Positions 12,438 through 26,140 are shown, counted from the whole stretch's first letter. The stretch is DNA of 63,879 bases, filler included, from Octopus bimaculoides (GCF_001194135.2; 7 parts of 7 records of this genome joined end to end with filler, not necessarily neighbours in it); one strand, 5' to 3'. Program-made: numbers and translations. Notes: a model not told the origin generated them from the letters alone.

Positions 12438-12590
12438 TGGCGTATTGGTTTCATGTTCGTAAGATTGTGGTTTCGATTCCTGGAGCAAAACGCTTAAATT
12501 CTATTCAGTCTATTCAGCTAGTAAAAATGAGTAATCCTTCGACGGAGCAGTGCCCCGTCCATGGAGAAATATATGGGAAACCGACATAAC
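12438..12590 (+). mobile_element. Old SINE remnant (MetaSINE/V-like core)
   Basis: B box ggtttcgattcc followed by aaatgagtaatccttcgacggagcagtgccccgtcc. Confidence 0.45.
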
Positions 12591-15204
12591 TCTTTCTATG
12601 GAGTAATGTGGACTTAGCAGAACAGACTTCTTCGTACTCTGGTTTCAAGATGTTACTAACTNNNNNNNNNNNNNCAATTGTTTCTGTCGAATCAATTGTA
12701 TGTGGCGATATACGAGAATTTAATGACGGTGTCAGTGGCTTGTTTACATTATTTTCGATTTCTCTTATAGCATATTTAGGCCAATTTTCATAATTTTGAG
12801 AAAATGGATTAGCCTCACAAAAACAATTAAAGAAATGTACTATATGCTGAAGTTATTTTAACCCGAAGCTCTTTAAGTTGGGGTGAGTTTCGTCCCTGCG
12901 ATTTATTAAATGCTTCAGATGTGTTAGAGAAGGGACATCACGGGCTTTTTCATGGAACCGAAGTAGATCTTGGTTTAGATACAAAGTNNNNNNNNNNNNN
13001 NNNNNNNNNNNNNNNNNNNNNNNNNNNNNNNNNNNNNNNTTAGTGTTGTGCACATCAATGTTGTTATTAATATCAGCCATGACGTGAAGACGAAATTCCA
13101 CAAGGAAAAAGGAATATGTTTTGGAATCTGGTCTGAATAACACTGCTTTGGCGAGGAAAATTATTTCTCTCATTTATAACTGAGGACGTAAACTAGTCAC
13201 TGATTTAGGTAGGAAGAGTTAGCAAAATCGTAATAGAAAACGTTCAAGAGGGATCTTTAATCGATACTTTACATCCGCACCTCTTTTGCTGACGGCGCCA
13301 TTTTTNNNNNNNNNNNNNNNNNNNNNNNNNNNNNNNNNNNNNNNNNNNNNNNNNNNNNNNNNNNNNNNNNNNNNNNNNNNNNNNNNNNNNNNNNNNNNNN
13401 NNNNNNNNNNNNNNNNNNNNNNNNNNNNNNNNNNNNNNNNNNNNNNNNNNNNNNNNNNNNNNNNNNNNNNNNNNNNNNNNNNNNNNNNNNNNNNNNNNNN
13501 NNNNNNNNNNNNNNNNNNNNNNNNNNNNNNNNNNNNNNNNNNNNNNNNNNNNNNNNNNNNNNNNNNNNNNNNNNNNNNNNNNNNNNNNNNNNNNNNNNNN
13601 NNNNNNNNNNNNNNNNNNNNNNNNNNNNNNNNNNNNNNNNNNNNNNNNNNNNNNNNNNNNNNNNNNNNNNNNNNNNNNNNNNNNNNNNNNNNNNNNNNNN
13701 NNNNNNNNNNNNNNNNNNNNNNNNNNNNNNNNNNNNNNNNNNNNNNNNNNNNNNNNNNNNNNNNNNNNNNNNNNNNNNNNNNNNNNNNNNNNNNNNNNNN
13801 NNNNNNNNNNNNNNNNNNNNNNNNNNNNNNNNNNNNNNNNNNNNNNNNNNNNNNNNNNNNNNNNNNNNNNNNNNNNNNNNNNNNNNNNNNNNNNNNNNNN
13901 NNNNNNNNNNNNNNNNNNNNNNNNNNNNNNNNNNNNNNNNNNNNNNNNNNNNNNNNNNNNNNNNNNNNNNNNNNNNNNNNNNNNNNNNNNNNNNNNNNNN
14001 NNNNNNNNNATCTCAATGCATTTGAATAGTTCATAAAAGAAAATAGGAATTGAAATGCTCACTTGAAAGAAACATGAATTATTATTGTCAGAATGAGACA
14101 GACAAATGATATTCCAGAGCCAATGTTAGAAATAATAGACAAGAGTTCTTTATTCTTTACATCTCCTNNNNNNNNNNAATAGACAAGAGTTCTTTATTCT
14201 TTACATCTCCTTCATTCTGGTAGACATTCTGCAATAGAAACAAATAACATATAAATTCCTCCTCTTCTTCCTTTCTTATATACTNNNNNNNNNNACAAAT
14301 AACATATAAATTCCTCCTCTTCTTCCTTTCTTATATACTAGTCATTACTTACATAAATTATGAGTGTTCATATAGGCGGGCCAATCTGCTATTACATGTT
14401 ACATGATACTTTAATTTGAATATGAAGCATCGTTATCTTTATAATGTATATAAGCGACGTCTGAGTTCNNNNNNNNNNNNNNNNNNNNNNNNNNNNNNNN
14501 NNNNNNNNNNNNTTAATTAATTAANNNNNNNNNNNNNNNNNNNNNNNNNNNNNNNNNNNNNNNNNNNNCTTCTATTCTGAAGTAGTAATCTTCCAACTCA
14601 GTGCTATCTATCATGGTTGTACATACACCAAAAATAATGGCGATGCTATCGTCCGAATAATGAATCATTTTTTGCATTTTTAATACGAGGATCCTCTTTA
14701 GTTAGGAAGTTCAGTTCGACAGGGGGTAATAAATTTTTTTGTCTCTCACTGAAGGGATAGCAAAATCATAGGTCCCCGGTGTTATTTGCCTTCTAGACTT
14801 GTAATCTCATTTTTGTTTTCTGGTCAGGCTCGTTAACTTCCTTTCTGTTTTCTTCTCTCTACCCCCAAGTGATTCTACTATCTCAATTTCTAACTTCTCT
14901 ACCCAAGCTTTCCTTAATTTTTCTTGTCTACCCACCATTTGTGTTGTCTCCGCTTTTATATATTAAATTGTCTCCACTCTAGGTGGTCCGGCTCTTATCG
15001 GAACAAGGAAGTTTATTGCTGAAATACGTCCTTTTCTTCCAGACATTTTGTCTCTTTAGAAACTTAATTCTGATTTTGTTTGATTCATTACTTATTCTAA
15101 ACTAGTGGGGGTGGAGATTAGTGTTGGTGATGATGGGAGTGAGAAAAGGAAAAACAAACTTTTGTCTTTACCTTAACAGACCTCTGAATTGGTCACCAAC
15201 TGAT

Positions 15205-15312
15205 TTTTATGGTTAGAATGTTGGGTTCAGGACTATAAGGACGTAAGTTCGATTTTTGTAGTGAAGGGCGTGCTGAGTCCTTGTGCGAAACACTTAATTT
15301 CATGTTGCTCTT
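15205..15312 (+). mobile_element. Degenerate SINE head
   Basis: tggttagaatgttggg...gttcgatt...gtccttg...acacttaatttcatgttgctc resembles 17924 onward. Confidence 0.45.
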
Positions 15313-16141
15313 TTCTCTTAAACTGACAGTAAGCACCAGACGAGAGCTAGTATGACCATCAATCCCTCCAGCTGACATATCTTCGTTGTTCCCTAAGGTC
15401 GTGAGTGAGCGCATGTTGAGCGTGTCTTTGTGTATAATTAGAGAGGAACTTAAAGCAAATAACAAAATCATAGTGCATTCTTCTAAATTATACTCGGTTT
15501 GGACGAATGGGGTTGTGCATGTAGCCTACTCAACCCTTCAACGTAGTCGATGTTCTTGCGGAACAATTGCAAGCTGAAAGAATTGACAGAGAGGGAAATT
15601 GTTGGGAGGAATCGGCAACATTCTAGAGAAGAAGAAGAGGACCGGCTTCAGGGTGGAGGGTGAGTAGATAGAATATGAATGTATAAGGTGCAACGAGTGA
15701 GTCGAGATACCTTGAGTGGAGATAACATGAAATCAGCCTGGCTGAGAAGAATCACTTGCTATAGCAGTAGAATGGGAATTTGCGTACGAAATTCGTATAA
15801 GGCAAAATTGTATCCGAGAAATTTTCCGGACACGGGTAAATAAATAGAAAACAGGTATCCAAGATTAAAGAAATTGAATTCCGAACCATTCAGTTGCGAA
15901 AAAGATTTCTGAGCGACTTCGTCATTCTTACATTCAAAATTATAAGTAATGAAGTGGTTAAAGGTTAATGAAATGCGAGAAATACATACATATCGTCACG
16001 GTTACCATGAAATTCACTGGTCACAGATTTTGCGGGGTGTATTCCATGAAGTGGGTGTATCGAATGAAGCGGGTGTAAGGGTAATCACCTCCATTGACAG
16101 AATTCCAGTCTGTTGCAGGGGATATTTTCTTGGTGTGTTAA

Positions 16142-16300
16142 GGCGTGGCAGTGTGGTGAGAAGCTCACTTCCTAACCACATAGTTTGAGGTTCAGTTTCA
16201 CTGCGTGGTATCTTGGACAAGGGTCTTCTATTATAACCTCGGGCCGAACAAATCCTTGTGAGTGGATGTGGTAGAGAGAAAGTGAAAGAATCCCGTCACG
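16142..16300 (+). mobile_element. tRNA-derived SINE 5' half (family of 22392-22796)
   Basis: ggcgtggcagtgtggtgagaagctc...ggttcagtttcactgcgtgg...gtgagtggat. Confidence 0.85.
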
Positions 16301-16307
16301 TATACAT

Positions 16308-16358
<51 letters not shown>

Positions 16359-16973
16359 NNNNNNNNNNNNNNNNNNNNNNNNNNNNNNNNNNNNNNNNNN
16401 NNNNNNNNNNNNNNNNNNNNNNNNNNNNNNNNNNNNNNNNNNNNNNNNNNNNNNNNNNNNNNNNNNNNNNNNNNNNNNNNNNNNNNNNNNNNNNNNNNNN
16501 NNNNNNNNNNNNNNNNNNNNNNNNNNNNNNNNNNNNNNNNNNNNNNNNNNNNNNNNNNNNNNNNNNNNNNNNNNNNNNNNNNNNNNNNNNNNNNNNNNNN
16601 NNNNNNNNNNNNNNNNNNNNNNNNNNNNNNNNNNNNNNNNNNNNNNNNNNNNNNNNNNNNNNNNNNNNNNNNNNNNNNNNNNNNNNNNNNNNNNNNNNNN
16701 NNNNNNNNNNNNNNNNNNNNNNNNNNNNNNNNNNNNNNNNNNNNNNNNNNNNNNNNNNNNNNNNNNNNNNNNNNNNNNNNNNNNNNNNNNNNNNNNNNNN
16801 NNNNNNNNNNNNNNNNNNNNNNNNNNNNNNNNNNNNNNNNNNNNNNNNNNNNNNNNNNNNNNNNNATTAGTAACACTTAACATGTATTGTATTTATTAAA
16901 TTATATTTATGTCTCACCAGATAGAGCACTTTTTATGTTGATTTTACCATCACGGAACAGTACATTACAGATA

Positions 16974-17009
<36 letters not shown>

Positions 17010-17017
<8 letters not shown>

Positions 17018-17228
17018 TTTGTGTCTGTGTTTGTTTCCCACCACTGCTTGACAACCGGTGTTAGTGTTTTTACGCTTCCCTAACTTAGCGGTTTGGCAAA
17101 AAAAGATCGATAAGAATAGGCTTTAAAAAAAGTCCTGGGATTGGCTTGCTCTACTAAACGATACCAGTCAAGGAGTGCCCCAGCATGGCTGCAATCGAAA
17201 GACTGGAACAAGTAAAAGATAAAAGATA
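17010..17228 (+). mobile_element. SINE 3' half (same family)
   Basis: gcttgacaaccggtgtt...ccccagcatggctgcaatc...aagtaaaagataaaagata tail. Confidence 0.85.
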
Positions 17229-17353
17229 AAGGATATTCCGGTGTGCTCACAGCTGGAACCCCTTCGATCATAGACCAGCTGCATTATGTACTAAATAATA
17301 AGAACAAGAAGAAGGAAGTATATATATTAGATAATGTAACCCGAGAAACGTTA

Positions 17354-17790
17354 GGGTGCATGGCTCAGTGGTTAGAACGTCAAGGTCACAATCATGTGGT
17401 AGTGAGTTCGATTCCTGGACACTTCATTTCACGTTGCTCCAGTTCACTCTGCTGTAGAAATGAGTTGCGACGTCATTGGTGCCAACCTGTATCGGCCCCT
17501 TTGCTTATCTATTGGATAACACTGGTGGCGTGGAGAGGGGCGGGGGCTGGAATCCATGGGTGACTGCTGGTCTTCCATAAACAGCCTTACCCGGACTTGT
17601 GCCTCGGAGGTGCAATCTTGTGGTCATTCATGACCGAAGAGGGTCTTTACCCTTTACCCTATGTACATATAATGGCATGGAGAGGGGAGACTTGTCTTCC
17701 TTAGACAACCTTACCAGGATTTGAGCTTCGGAGGGTAACTTCCTAAGTGCAGTCCCATGGTCATTCATGAGCGAAGGCTGAAACCTTTTC
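17354..17790 (+). mobile_element. tRNA-derived SINE plus a second 3' fragment
   Basis: A box tggctcagtgg, B box gagttcgattcc; tail gtcattcatga.cgaag occurs twice (17625, 17760). Confidence 0.85.
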
Positions 17791-17923
17791 GAATGTTCTC
17801 GAATTCTCATTGTTCTCTGTTCCATCCCATTTCACAGCATAGTTTAGGTACCATGGTATCACGCGGTATCTCGAATCGATCGTAATCCTTCTTCATCAGT
17901 GGAATTGAAGAGACAATGCAGAA

Positions 17924-18458
17924 GTCCGCGTGGCTTAGTGGTTAGGGTATACATCACGCGATCGTGAGGTCATGAGTTCGATTGCGTTGTGTCCTTGAGC
18001 AAGACACTTTATTTCACGTTGCTCAGCCGCCAAAACAGAAGTATTTCAAAGGGTCAACCTTATCACATCCTGTATCACGCTGAGATCTACGTTAACGGAA
18101 CACGTATCTGTGGAGTACTGAGCCACTGGTACGTTCATTTCATGAGCGTGCTGTTCCGTTGATCGGATCAACTGGAACCCTAGTCGCCGTAACCGACGGA
18201 ATGCCAGGGTATTCAATTTACGATGTCAAGTTCGTGAGTTAGATTTCGGTGGTGTGTTGGGTGCTTGAACACGTTGCTCCAGTTCACTCAGCTGACAAGG
18301 GCCAGCCTTGTTGCATTTTGTGTTGCGCTGAATCTCCCGGAGATTAAGGGTACGCGTATCTTTGGAGTACTCAGCCACTTGCTCGTTAATTTCACGAGTA
18401 GGCAGTTACGTTGATCGGATCAACTAGAACCTTCGTCGTCGTAAGCGACAGGATGCCA
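17924..18458 (+). mobile_element. Two tandem SINE copies
   Basis: 17924-18206 and 18211-18458 share gagtact.agccact...gttgatcggatcaact.gaacc...gcca. Confidence 0.85.
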
Positions 18459-18464
18459 ATGTTT

Positions 18465-18620
18465 TTTTCGTCTCCCACCACCGTCTGACAACCGGTGTTG
18501 ATATGTTTACGACCCCGTAACTTAGAATAAGTACTATGCTTAAGAAAAAAAATAAGTCCTGGATTCGTCGATTTGTTCGACTAAAAAATACCATTCAAGG
18601 ACGTGCCCCAGCATGACCAA
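18465..18620 (+). mobile_element. SINE 3' fragment
   Basis: gacaaccggtgttg...ccccgtaacttag...aataagtcctgg...gtgccccagcatgacc. Confidence 0.75.
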
Positions 18621-18650
18621 GTTCATTTAATTTATAGAACTTGGTTTGCC

Positions 18651-18786
18651 ACAATCACCAGCATCATAATTACGATTATCACCACCACCACCACCACCAC
18701 GATCGCCATCGTCACCACCACCACCACCACCACCACCACCACGATCGCCATCGTCACCACCAACACCAACACTACCTCAAACACTA
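18651..18786. repeat. Compound (CAC)n with repeated gatcgccatcgt unit
   Basis: Read directly from the sequence. Confidence 0.9.
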
Positions 18787-19545
18787 NNNNNNNNNNNNNN
18801 NNNNNNNNNNNNNNNNNNNNNNNNNNNNNNNNNNNNNNNNNNNNNNNNNNNNNNNNNNNNNNNNNNNNNNNNNNNNNNNNNNNNNNNNNNNNNNNNNNNN
18901 NNNNNNNNNNNNNNNNNNNNNNNNNNNNNNNNNNNNNNNNNNNNNNNNNNNNNNNNNNNNNNNNNNNNNNNNNNNNNNNNNNNNNNNNNNNNNNNNNNNN
19001 NNNNNNNNNNNNNNNNNNNNNNNNNNNNNNNNNNNNNNNNNNNNNNNNNNNNNNNNNNNNNNNNNNNNNNNNNNNNNNNNNNNNNNNNNNNNNNNNNNNN
19101 NNNNNNNNNNNNNNNNNNNNNNNNNNNNNNNNNNNNNNNNNNNNNNNNNNNNNNNNNNNNNNNNNNNNNNNNNNNNNNNNNNNNNNNNNNNNNNNNNNNN
19201 NNNNNNNNNNNNNNNNNNNNNNNNNNNNNNNNNNNNNNNNNNNNNNNNNNNNNNNNNNNNNNNNNNNNNNNNNNNNNNNNNNNNNNNNNNNNNNNNNNNN
19301 NNNNNNNNNNNNNNNNNNNNNNNNNNNNNNNNNNNNNNNNNNNNNNNNNNNNNNNNNNNNNNNNNNNNNNNNNNNNNNNNNNNNNNNNNNNNNNNNNNNN
19401 NNNNNNNNNNNNNNNNNNNNNNNNNNNNNNNNNNNNNNNNNNNNNNNNNNNNNNNNNNNNNNNNNNNNNNNNNNNNNNNNNNNNNNNNNNNNNNNNNNNN
19501 NNNNNNNNNNNNNNNNNNNNNNNNNNNNNNNNNNNNNNNNNNNNC

Positions 19546-20106
19546 CAACACACACACACACACACACCAACACACATACACCAACATAAACACACACACC
19601 AACACACACACACACACCAACACACACACACAAACACACACATACACATACACGTATGACAGTAGAGATGCATAGAGACAAACTTATTTATACACGTACA
19701 CGCACAAACGCACGCACAAACACACACACACACACATACATGCATCACCAGCAATAACCTGATTATTACACCGAGATGCAAACGTACATTCACATACACA
19801 TGCCACTAATTACGTACACATACACGTACACATATACATATATATGCATAAAGTTGTATACATACGCATGAAAATGATCAATTTCTATAACACGCACCCA
19901 TACGCACTCGCATTCATACACATACAATCAATAGTCGATAATCAAATTCTTATGCACACACATACACATACATCCACATACACATACATCCACATGCAGG
20001 CAAATGAGCTAAGAGTTTATACACTCCTATTTCTTCATGCATACATATACATACACGTGCATGCGGATCCAAAATCAGACATACAACAATAAACACACAC
20101 ACACAC

Positions 20107-20149
<43 letters not shown>

Positions 20150-20210
20150 CACACACACACATACAAAATACGCGCGCGCACACATACACAATACGTGCGC
20201 GTACATACAC
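19546..20210. repeat. (CA)n-rich low-complexity region
   Basis: Read directly from the sequence. Confidence 0.9.
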
Positions 20211-20460
20211 ACTGGGATTACAAAATAAGAAATATGAACTGGTCAGATTAGATAATGTAGTCCTAGATACACTATGCCTGAATTAAAGATGGGATCGTCA
20301 TGGCTGGAACATCTTTGATTATAACTCTGCTCACTCAAGGTTGATTATGGATAAACAACACATTAGATAATGTAGCCGACATAGTATACTATGACGGAAT
20401 TAAAAAATTTGGGATGGTCACATCTGGATTGGTTTTGATCATAGGCCACTAATAATCCAT

Positions 20461-20678
20461 TTTACTATAGGCACAAGGGCTGAAATTTTGGTGGGAGCGG
20501 GGCTAGTCGATTAGATCGACTCCCAGTGCTTGAGTAGGGTGCTTATTTCATCGATCCTCGAATGGATGAAAAGAAAAGAAAAGTCGACCTCGGAAGGGTT
20601 TGAACCCAGATCGTACAAACACGAAATGCTGCTAAGCATTTCGCCCGTCGTGCTAACAATTCTGCCAGCCCACCGCCT
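20461..20678 (-). mobile_element. tRNA-derived SINE (family of 26141-26351)
   Basis: ggcacaagg...gtcgacctcgg...tttgaac...gctaagcattt...ctgccagc. Confidence 0.85.
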
Positions 20679-21755
20679 TAATACGCCCACACTTAATAAT
20701 AACTACTACACTATATATCAGTTTGGGATATACGAAACAGGATAAGCACAGCTAGATCATCTTTAATCACAGGTCTGTTTGGATAAAGACTGACCTGGGG
20801 CTAAACAACAACAAGGTAGGATACATACAGGTAATAAAGAGATGAAGTCTTTACATGGTTGTTCTACTTACTAGAAATAGGAAGTTATTTCTGGCAGGTA
20901 CATTGCACAATAATGTTGTTCAGGAATTACAATGTACTTCCAAAAAATGACCACAGGTGGAACACCGCTTATCATAGATCTGTTCGAATAAGCTAACCTG
21001 GAACTAAACAAGAACAAAGAAGGACTCAGAGAATATAATTTTAATAGCAGAATAAGAGATAGAACGGTAATGGTTGAGATACCATTCATCTTAGGTGTGA
21101 CAGGCAATGGCTTAGTTATGGCTAAAACAACAACGAAACAAGAACTTAAGATAATGTTGTATGTATATTAAGCATGAATAATAAAAAATAAACATGAGCA
21201 TGGCTGGAAAACATTTGATCATTGATTTTTCTGCATCTGAGTAGACAAGATAATGAACAACTATGAAGATACATGAAATAATGTAATCCTATGTACACTG
21301 CCTTAATTTATTGAGATATGGCGGCCACGCTTCCATCACGGATCCCGGATTTCAACATTCTTGATAGTAAACAAGAATACACTACATAATGTAATCCTAG
21401 ATGGACTATATCCATCAAGACTGAGCTACTTTTGATCATATATATATGTATATATATATATATATAAGTTACAATATATGGATTCAAGTGATCCAGTAGT
21501 ACTCATAAAAAAAGCTCCTTCATGGATCAATCTACAAGACATATAGAATATGTGGTATGATACAATAGAAAAGGAAAAGGAGTGTATAAAGTTATAAATG
21601 AAAGAGAAATGCTTTGACGAAATTTTATTTAACAATAAGAAAATTCTAGCATCATGATAAATTGTTTCGTAACTCAAAAACATGTAAATAATTTATAGTA
21701 TTATATCTAATAATAAATAAATTACTTAAATACATGCCTGCATTAATGCAAAATG

Positions 21756-21800
<45 letters not shown>

Positions 21801-21807
21801 TCTACAT

Positions 21808-22098
21808 CAGTGGTTCCCAAAGTGAGCGGTAAGGCCCATCCCACCCCCGGGAACGGTGGAAAGATCCAGATGGGCGTTGAAGAAAACGGGGTGACCAAAA
21901 CGAGGCAATGGATGTAAAAAAAAAAACAAAACAAAGTAAAGGGTTAATTACATTAAGTTTCATTTGTGAAATTTGTGTTTTGAGTTTGCTGCAGAAAATG
22001 GTCTATGTCTGTGATGATGAGTGGTGTGGGTGGGGGGCAATAGAAATGTAGCCTTAGAACCAGCGGGGTTGCAGCCTGAAAAAGTTTGGTAACCACTG
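21808..22098. mobile_element. hAT/Charlie-type MITE, 291 bp
   Basis: TIRs cagtggttcccaaa / tttggtaaccactg; 8-bp TSD atctacat / atatacat (7 of 8), fitting the NTCTAGAN preference. Confidence 0.9.
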
Positions 22099-22114
22099 AT
22101 ATACATCATCATCA

Positions 22115-22260
22115 TGGACTCTCTCGTCACTAGAAATGATCGCGCAGCAACGTGAACTAAAATTTTTTGCTGAAGAAACAAAACGCAACGCTGCTCTGGG
22201 AATCGAAACTACGATCACGCAGTCGTAAATGCAACAACCTAACAACTAAGACATGCGCCT
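22115..22260 (-). mobile_element. SINE 5' part
   Basis: Minus strand ggcgcatgtcttagttgttagg...gtttcgattccc. Confidence 0.65.
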
Positions 22261-22321
22261 TGCCTATAGGTATATATACGCGCGCACGTGTGTGTATAAT
22301 ACATATATATGTATGTATGTG

Positions 22322-22362
<41 letters not shown>

Positions 22363-22391
22363 NNNNNNNNNNATATATATATATATATATA

Positions 22392-22796
22392 TACTCTTTT
22401 ACTCTTTTTACTCTTTTACTTGTTTCAGTCATTCGACTGCGGCCATGCTGGAGCACCGCCTTTTAGTCGAGCAAATCGACCTCCAGGACTTATTTTTTGG
22501 AAGCTTAGTACTTATTCTATCGCTCTCTTTTGCCGAACCGCTAGGTTACGGGGACGTAAACACACCACCATCGGTTGTCAAGCGATGCTGGGAGGACAAA
22601 CACAGACACACAAACACATACATATATATACATATATACGACGGGCTTCTTTCAGTTTCCGTCTACCAAATCCACTCACAAGGCTTTGATCGGCCCGAGG
22701 CTATTGTAGAAGACGCTTGCCCAAGGTGCCACGCAGTGGGACTGAACCCAGAACCATGTGGTTGGTAAGCAAGCTACTTACCACACAGCCACTCCT
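22392..22796 (-). mobile_element. Full-length SINE with internal (TA/CA) microsatellite
   Basis: tRNA-like head at the 22796 end, B-box-like gggttcagtccc, (AAAAGAGT)-type tail repeat at 22392. Confidence 0.95.
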
Positions 22797-22811
22797 ATAT
22801 ATATATTTATA

Positions 22812-22852
<41 letters not shown>

Positions 22853-23029
22853 TTATTCGCTTATTATTAAGTTTCTTATTATTCGCTACAATTGTTTCGA
22901 CGCAACCTAGTTCTCCAAGTGTACAGGTATTTTAATTAAGCAGCTGTTTGTTTGCATAATGAGATCTAGATGTGTTTCCTCAGGCATCTCCTTTAGTTTA
23001 AAATCATCGACTTCCAAGGCCATCTTCTC

Positions 23030-23664
23030 AGACTAGTCATCCTTTACCTGATTTCCGACCACCGGCCAAGTATACGTGTGGAGACAGCAAAAAGAAGCAT
23101 TTGACCCAGACTACCTTCTTCCAACTGTTAAACATGGAGGAGGATCTGTGATAATCTGGGGCGCTATATCTTGGAAATCCACCGGCCCAGTAGATTTCCT
23201 TCATAGCAGAATTAATAGTCAAAACAATTTAAGCATTTTATCTGATCAAATTCATCCTATGGTTGTGGAACTGTTTCCGGAGGGAAGCGCAATCTTTCAG
23301 GATGATATTGCACAAATTCACACAGATGAAGTTGTTATTGAATGGCACGAGGAACATTCTAGTGAAGTTGAACATCTTATGTAGCCACTACAGTCCCCAG
23401 ATTTTAATATTATTAAACATTTATGGTATATTTTAGAAAAAAAAGTAAGGACTCGATATCGTCCACCATCATCACTACAAGAACTGGCAATTATTTTAGT
23501 TGAAGAATGGTCAAAAATTCCTTTGGAAATACTTCAAACTTTGTACGAGTCCATATCTCATAGAATTCAAGCTGTAATTACTGCCAAAGGCGGTCTTACT
23601 CCATATTAAAACAAATTTGTTTTGAAATTTTTAGGTGTTTCCATTATTTTGTCCAACATCTGTA
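23030..23664 (+). mobile_element. Tc1 (DD34E) transposon 3' half with TIR
   Basis: PTVKHGGGSVIIWG, FQDDIA, QSPDFNIIKHLW, AKGGLTPY*; TIR ...gtccaacatctg|TA. Confidence 0.95.
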
Positions 23665-24562
23665 TGTATATAATGTATGCTTATATATGTGTGTGTGTGT
23701 ATATATATTATGTAGATAGGGTTAAAATCCAAACACCGTTCTCCTGTAGCACATCTGCATATTCCAGTAAAACAAAATTTTATGTAAATTTTATATTCAT
23801 GAGAGGTAAGCAAACGAGTTGAAAAACACGGGAAAATAGCTTTTGCTGGGTACTTNNNNNNNNNNNNNNNNNNNNNNNNNNNNNNNNNNNNNNNNNNNNN
23901 NNNNNNNNNNNNNNNNNNNNNNNNNNNNNNNNNNNNNNNNNNNNNNNNNNNNNNNNNNNNNNNNNNNNNNNNNNNNNNNNNNNNNNNNNNNNNNNNNNNN
24001 NNNNNNNNNNNNNNNNNNNNNNNNNNNNNNNNNNNNNNNNNNNNNNNNNNNNNNNNNNNNNNNNNNNNNNNNNNNNNNNNNNNNNNNNNNNNNNNNNNNN
24101 NNNNNNNNNNNNNNNNNNNNNNNNNNNNNNNNNNNNNNNNNNNNNNNNNNNNNNNNNNNNNNNNNNNNNNNNNNNNNNNNNNNNNNNNNNNNNNNNNNNN
24201 NNNNNNNNNNNNNNNNNNNNNNNNNNNNNNNNNNNNNNNNNNNNNNNNNNNNNNNNNNNNNNNNNNNNNNNNNNNNNNNNNNNNNNNNNNNNNNNNNNNN
24301 NNNNNNNNNNNNNNNNNNNNNNNNNNNNNNNNNNNNNNNNNNNNNNNNNNNNNNNNNNNNNNNNNNNNNNNNNNNNNNNNNNNNNNNNNNNNNNNNNNNN
24401 NNNNNNNNNNNNNNNNNNNNNNNNNNNNNNNNNNNNNNNNNNNNNNNNNNNNNNNNNNNNNNNNNNNNNNNNNNNNNNNNNNNNNNNNNNNNNNNNNNNN
24501 NNNNNNNNNNNNNATTGAATTAAAATATAGCAAAACAGGATAGTCAGCGGGAAAGAAATAAG

Positions 24563-24603
<41 letters not shown>

Positions 24604-25019
24604 GTCGTGTACCGACTGCACTAAGATGAAAGTAGGTGAGAGCAAATTAAGAAATAAATGCATTAAAATATTCCCCCGAAGTAAAAACGATTAACAAACA
24701 AAAGTAAAGTACTAAATAAATAAATAGCTAAATATATAGGTGACTGTAATAAATAGTGAGTCGCTGATAAGAGAGACAGACAGACAGGCAGAGAAAGACT
24801 GAGAGAGACAGAGAGCTTGTTTGGTGGATGCTGCTGGGTAGTAGAGAGTATACTGAAAGGAGATTTTTAAGACGACGACCGTGGTGAAGTAGGAATGTGA
24901 AAAAATGACTATGTCAGTTGTTGGTCGAATGTCAGGCCTAGAGGGAAGAAGAAATGGATTTCTTAATTTGTAAGGGTCTCTTATACATACACGCATACAG
25001 GCACACACATACACTCAGA

Positions 25020-25305
25020 CATACTCACAAACATACACACTCACCAACCCATTGGACGCGCGCACACACATATATATATATACACTCATATATATGAATA
25101 TATTTATGTATGTATATACACACATACATATATACATATATGTGCACATATATATATGTATATGCAAATATGTGCATACATGTATGGATGTATACATATA
25201 TACATATATTGAGGTATATATAAACATATCTATATATCTGTATAGATAGACAGACAGATAGATAGATAGCTAGATAGATAGATAAATAGATAGATAGATA
25301 GATAT

Positions 25306-25347
<42 letters not shown>

Positions 25348-25384
25348 GGATGGATGGATGGATGGATGGATAAATAGATAGACT

Positions 25385-25424
<40 letters not shown>

Positions 25425-25500
25425 AATAGATAAATAGATAGATGGATAGATAAATAGAAGATATATAGATAGATACATACATACATACATACATACATAT
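25020..25500. repeat. Compound microsatellite (AT, GATA, GATG, GACA, CATA)
   Basis: Read directly from the sequence. Confidence 0.95.
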
Positions 25501-25851
25501 GCATCTGTGTATGTACATACATTGGCAACGAAATAAAGTGTAAATTATCAACTCCTCATACGTGGGTGAAAGATTTCTGCTAATACCAACGGTTTCATGT
25601 AACATATTTATAATAATTCAGTCGTAGTTTGAGAAACAATGGCAGCTTTGCTTCGACTATTCAGAGGTTCCACAGTTGGTAGCCACACAGTGTTCTTCTA
25701 AGATACTGCTGACTGGTTAGATATAAGGTATTATTATCATTAAAAGCGTCAGGATATGACCATCGAATCTCTTTATAAGACTGTATTGCGAATGATTTGA
25801 AGGAGACTGGGTTCTTCTTTCTAGCGAAAGAGTAGACCATGCTTCGTTGTG

Positions 25852-25934
<83 letters not shown>

Positions 25935-26140
25935 GTATGTAAGGATCGCTAGTGGATCTTATATCTTAAAAATGTATTTACAGGAAGTTAAATATATGTT
26001 CGGCCGTGGGAATGCATGTGCTATATGGATGTGAAACTATTGGTCACTCTATGACCGGACATATATTTAATTACATGTGTGTGTGAATGTGTGTGTAGGT
26101 GCAGGCGTAGCTGTGTGGTAAGAAGCTTGTGGTAAGAACG

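Noticed and set aside
14590-16140. Ancient retroelement ORF on the minus strand (HYSDD, ILSACNC)
   Set aside because: The motifs are isolated and out of the expected order, so I cannot support a call by eye.
18603-19799. Long ORFs rich in X, His/Thr, Cys/Val or Tyr/Ile across the window
   Set aside because: These are translations of N-gaps and microsatellites.
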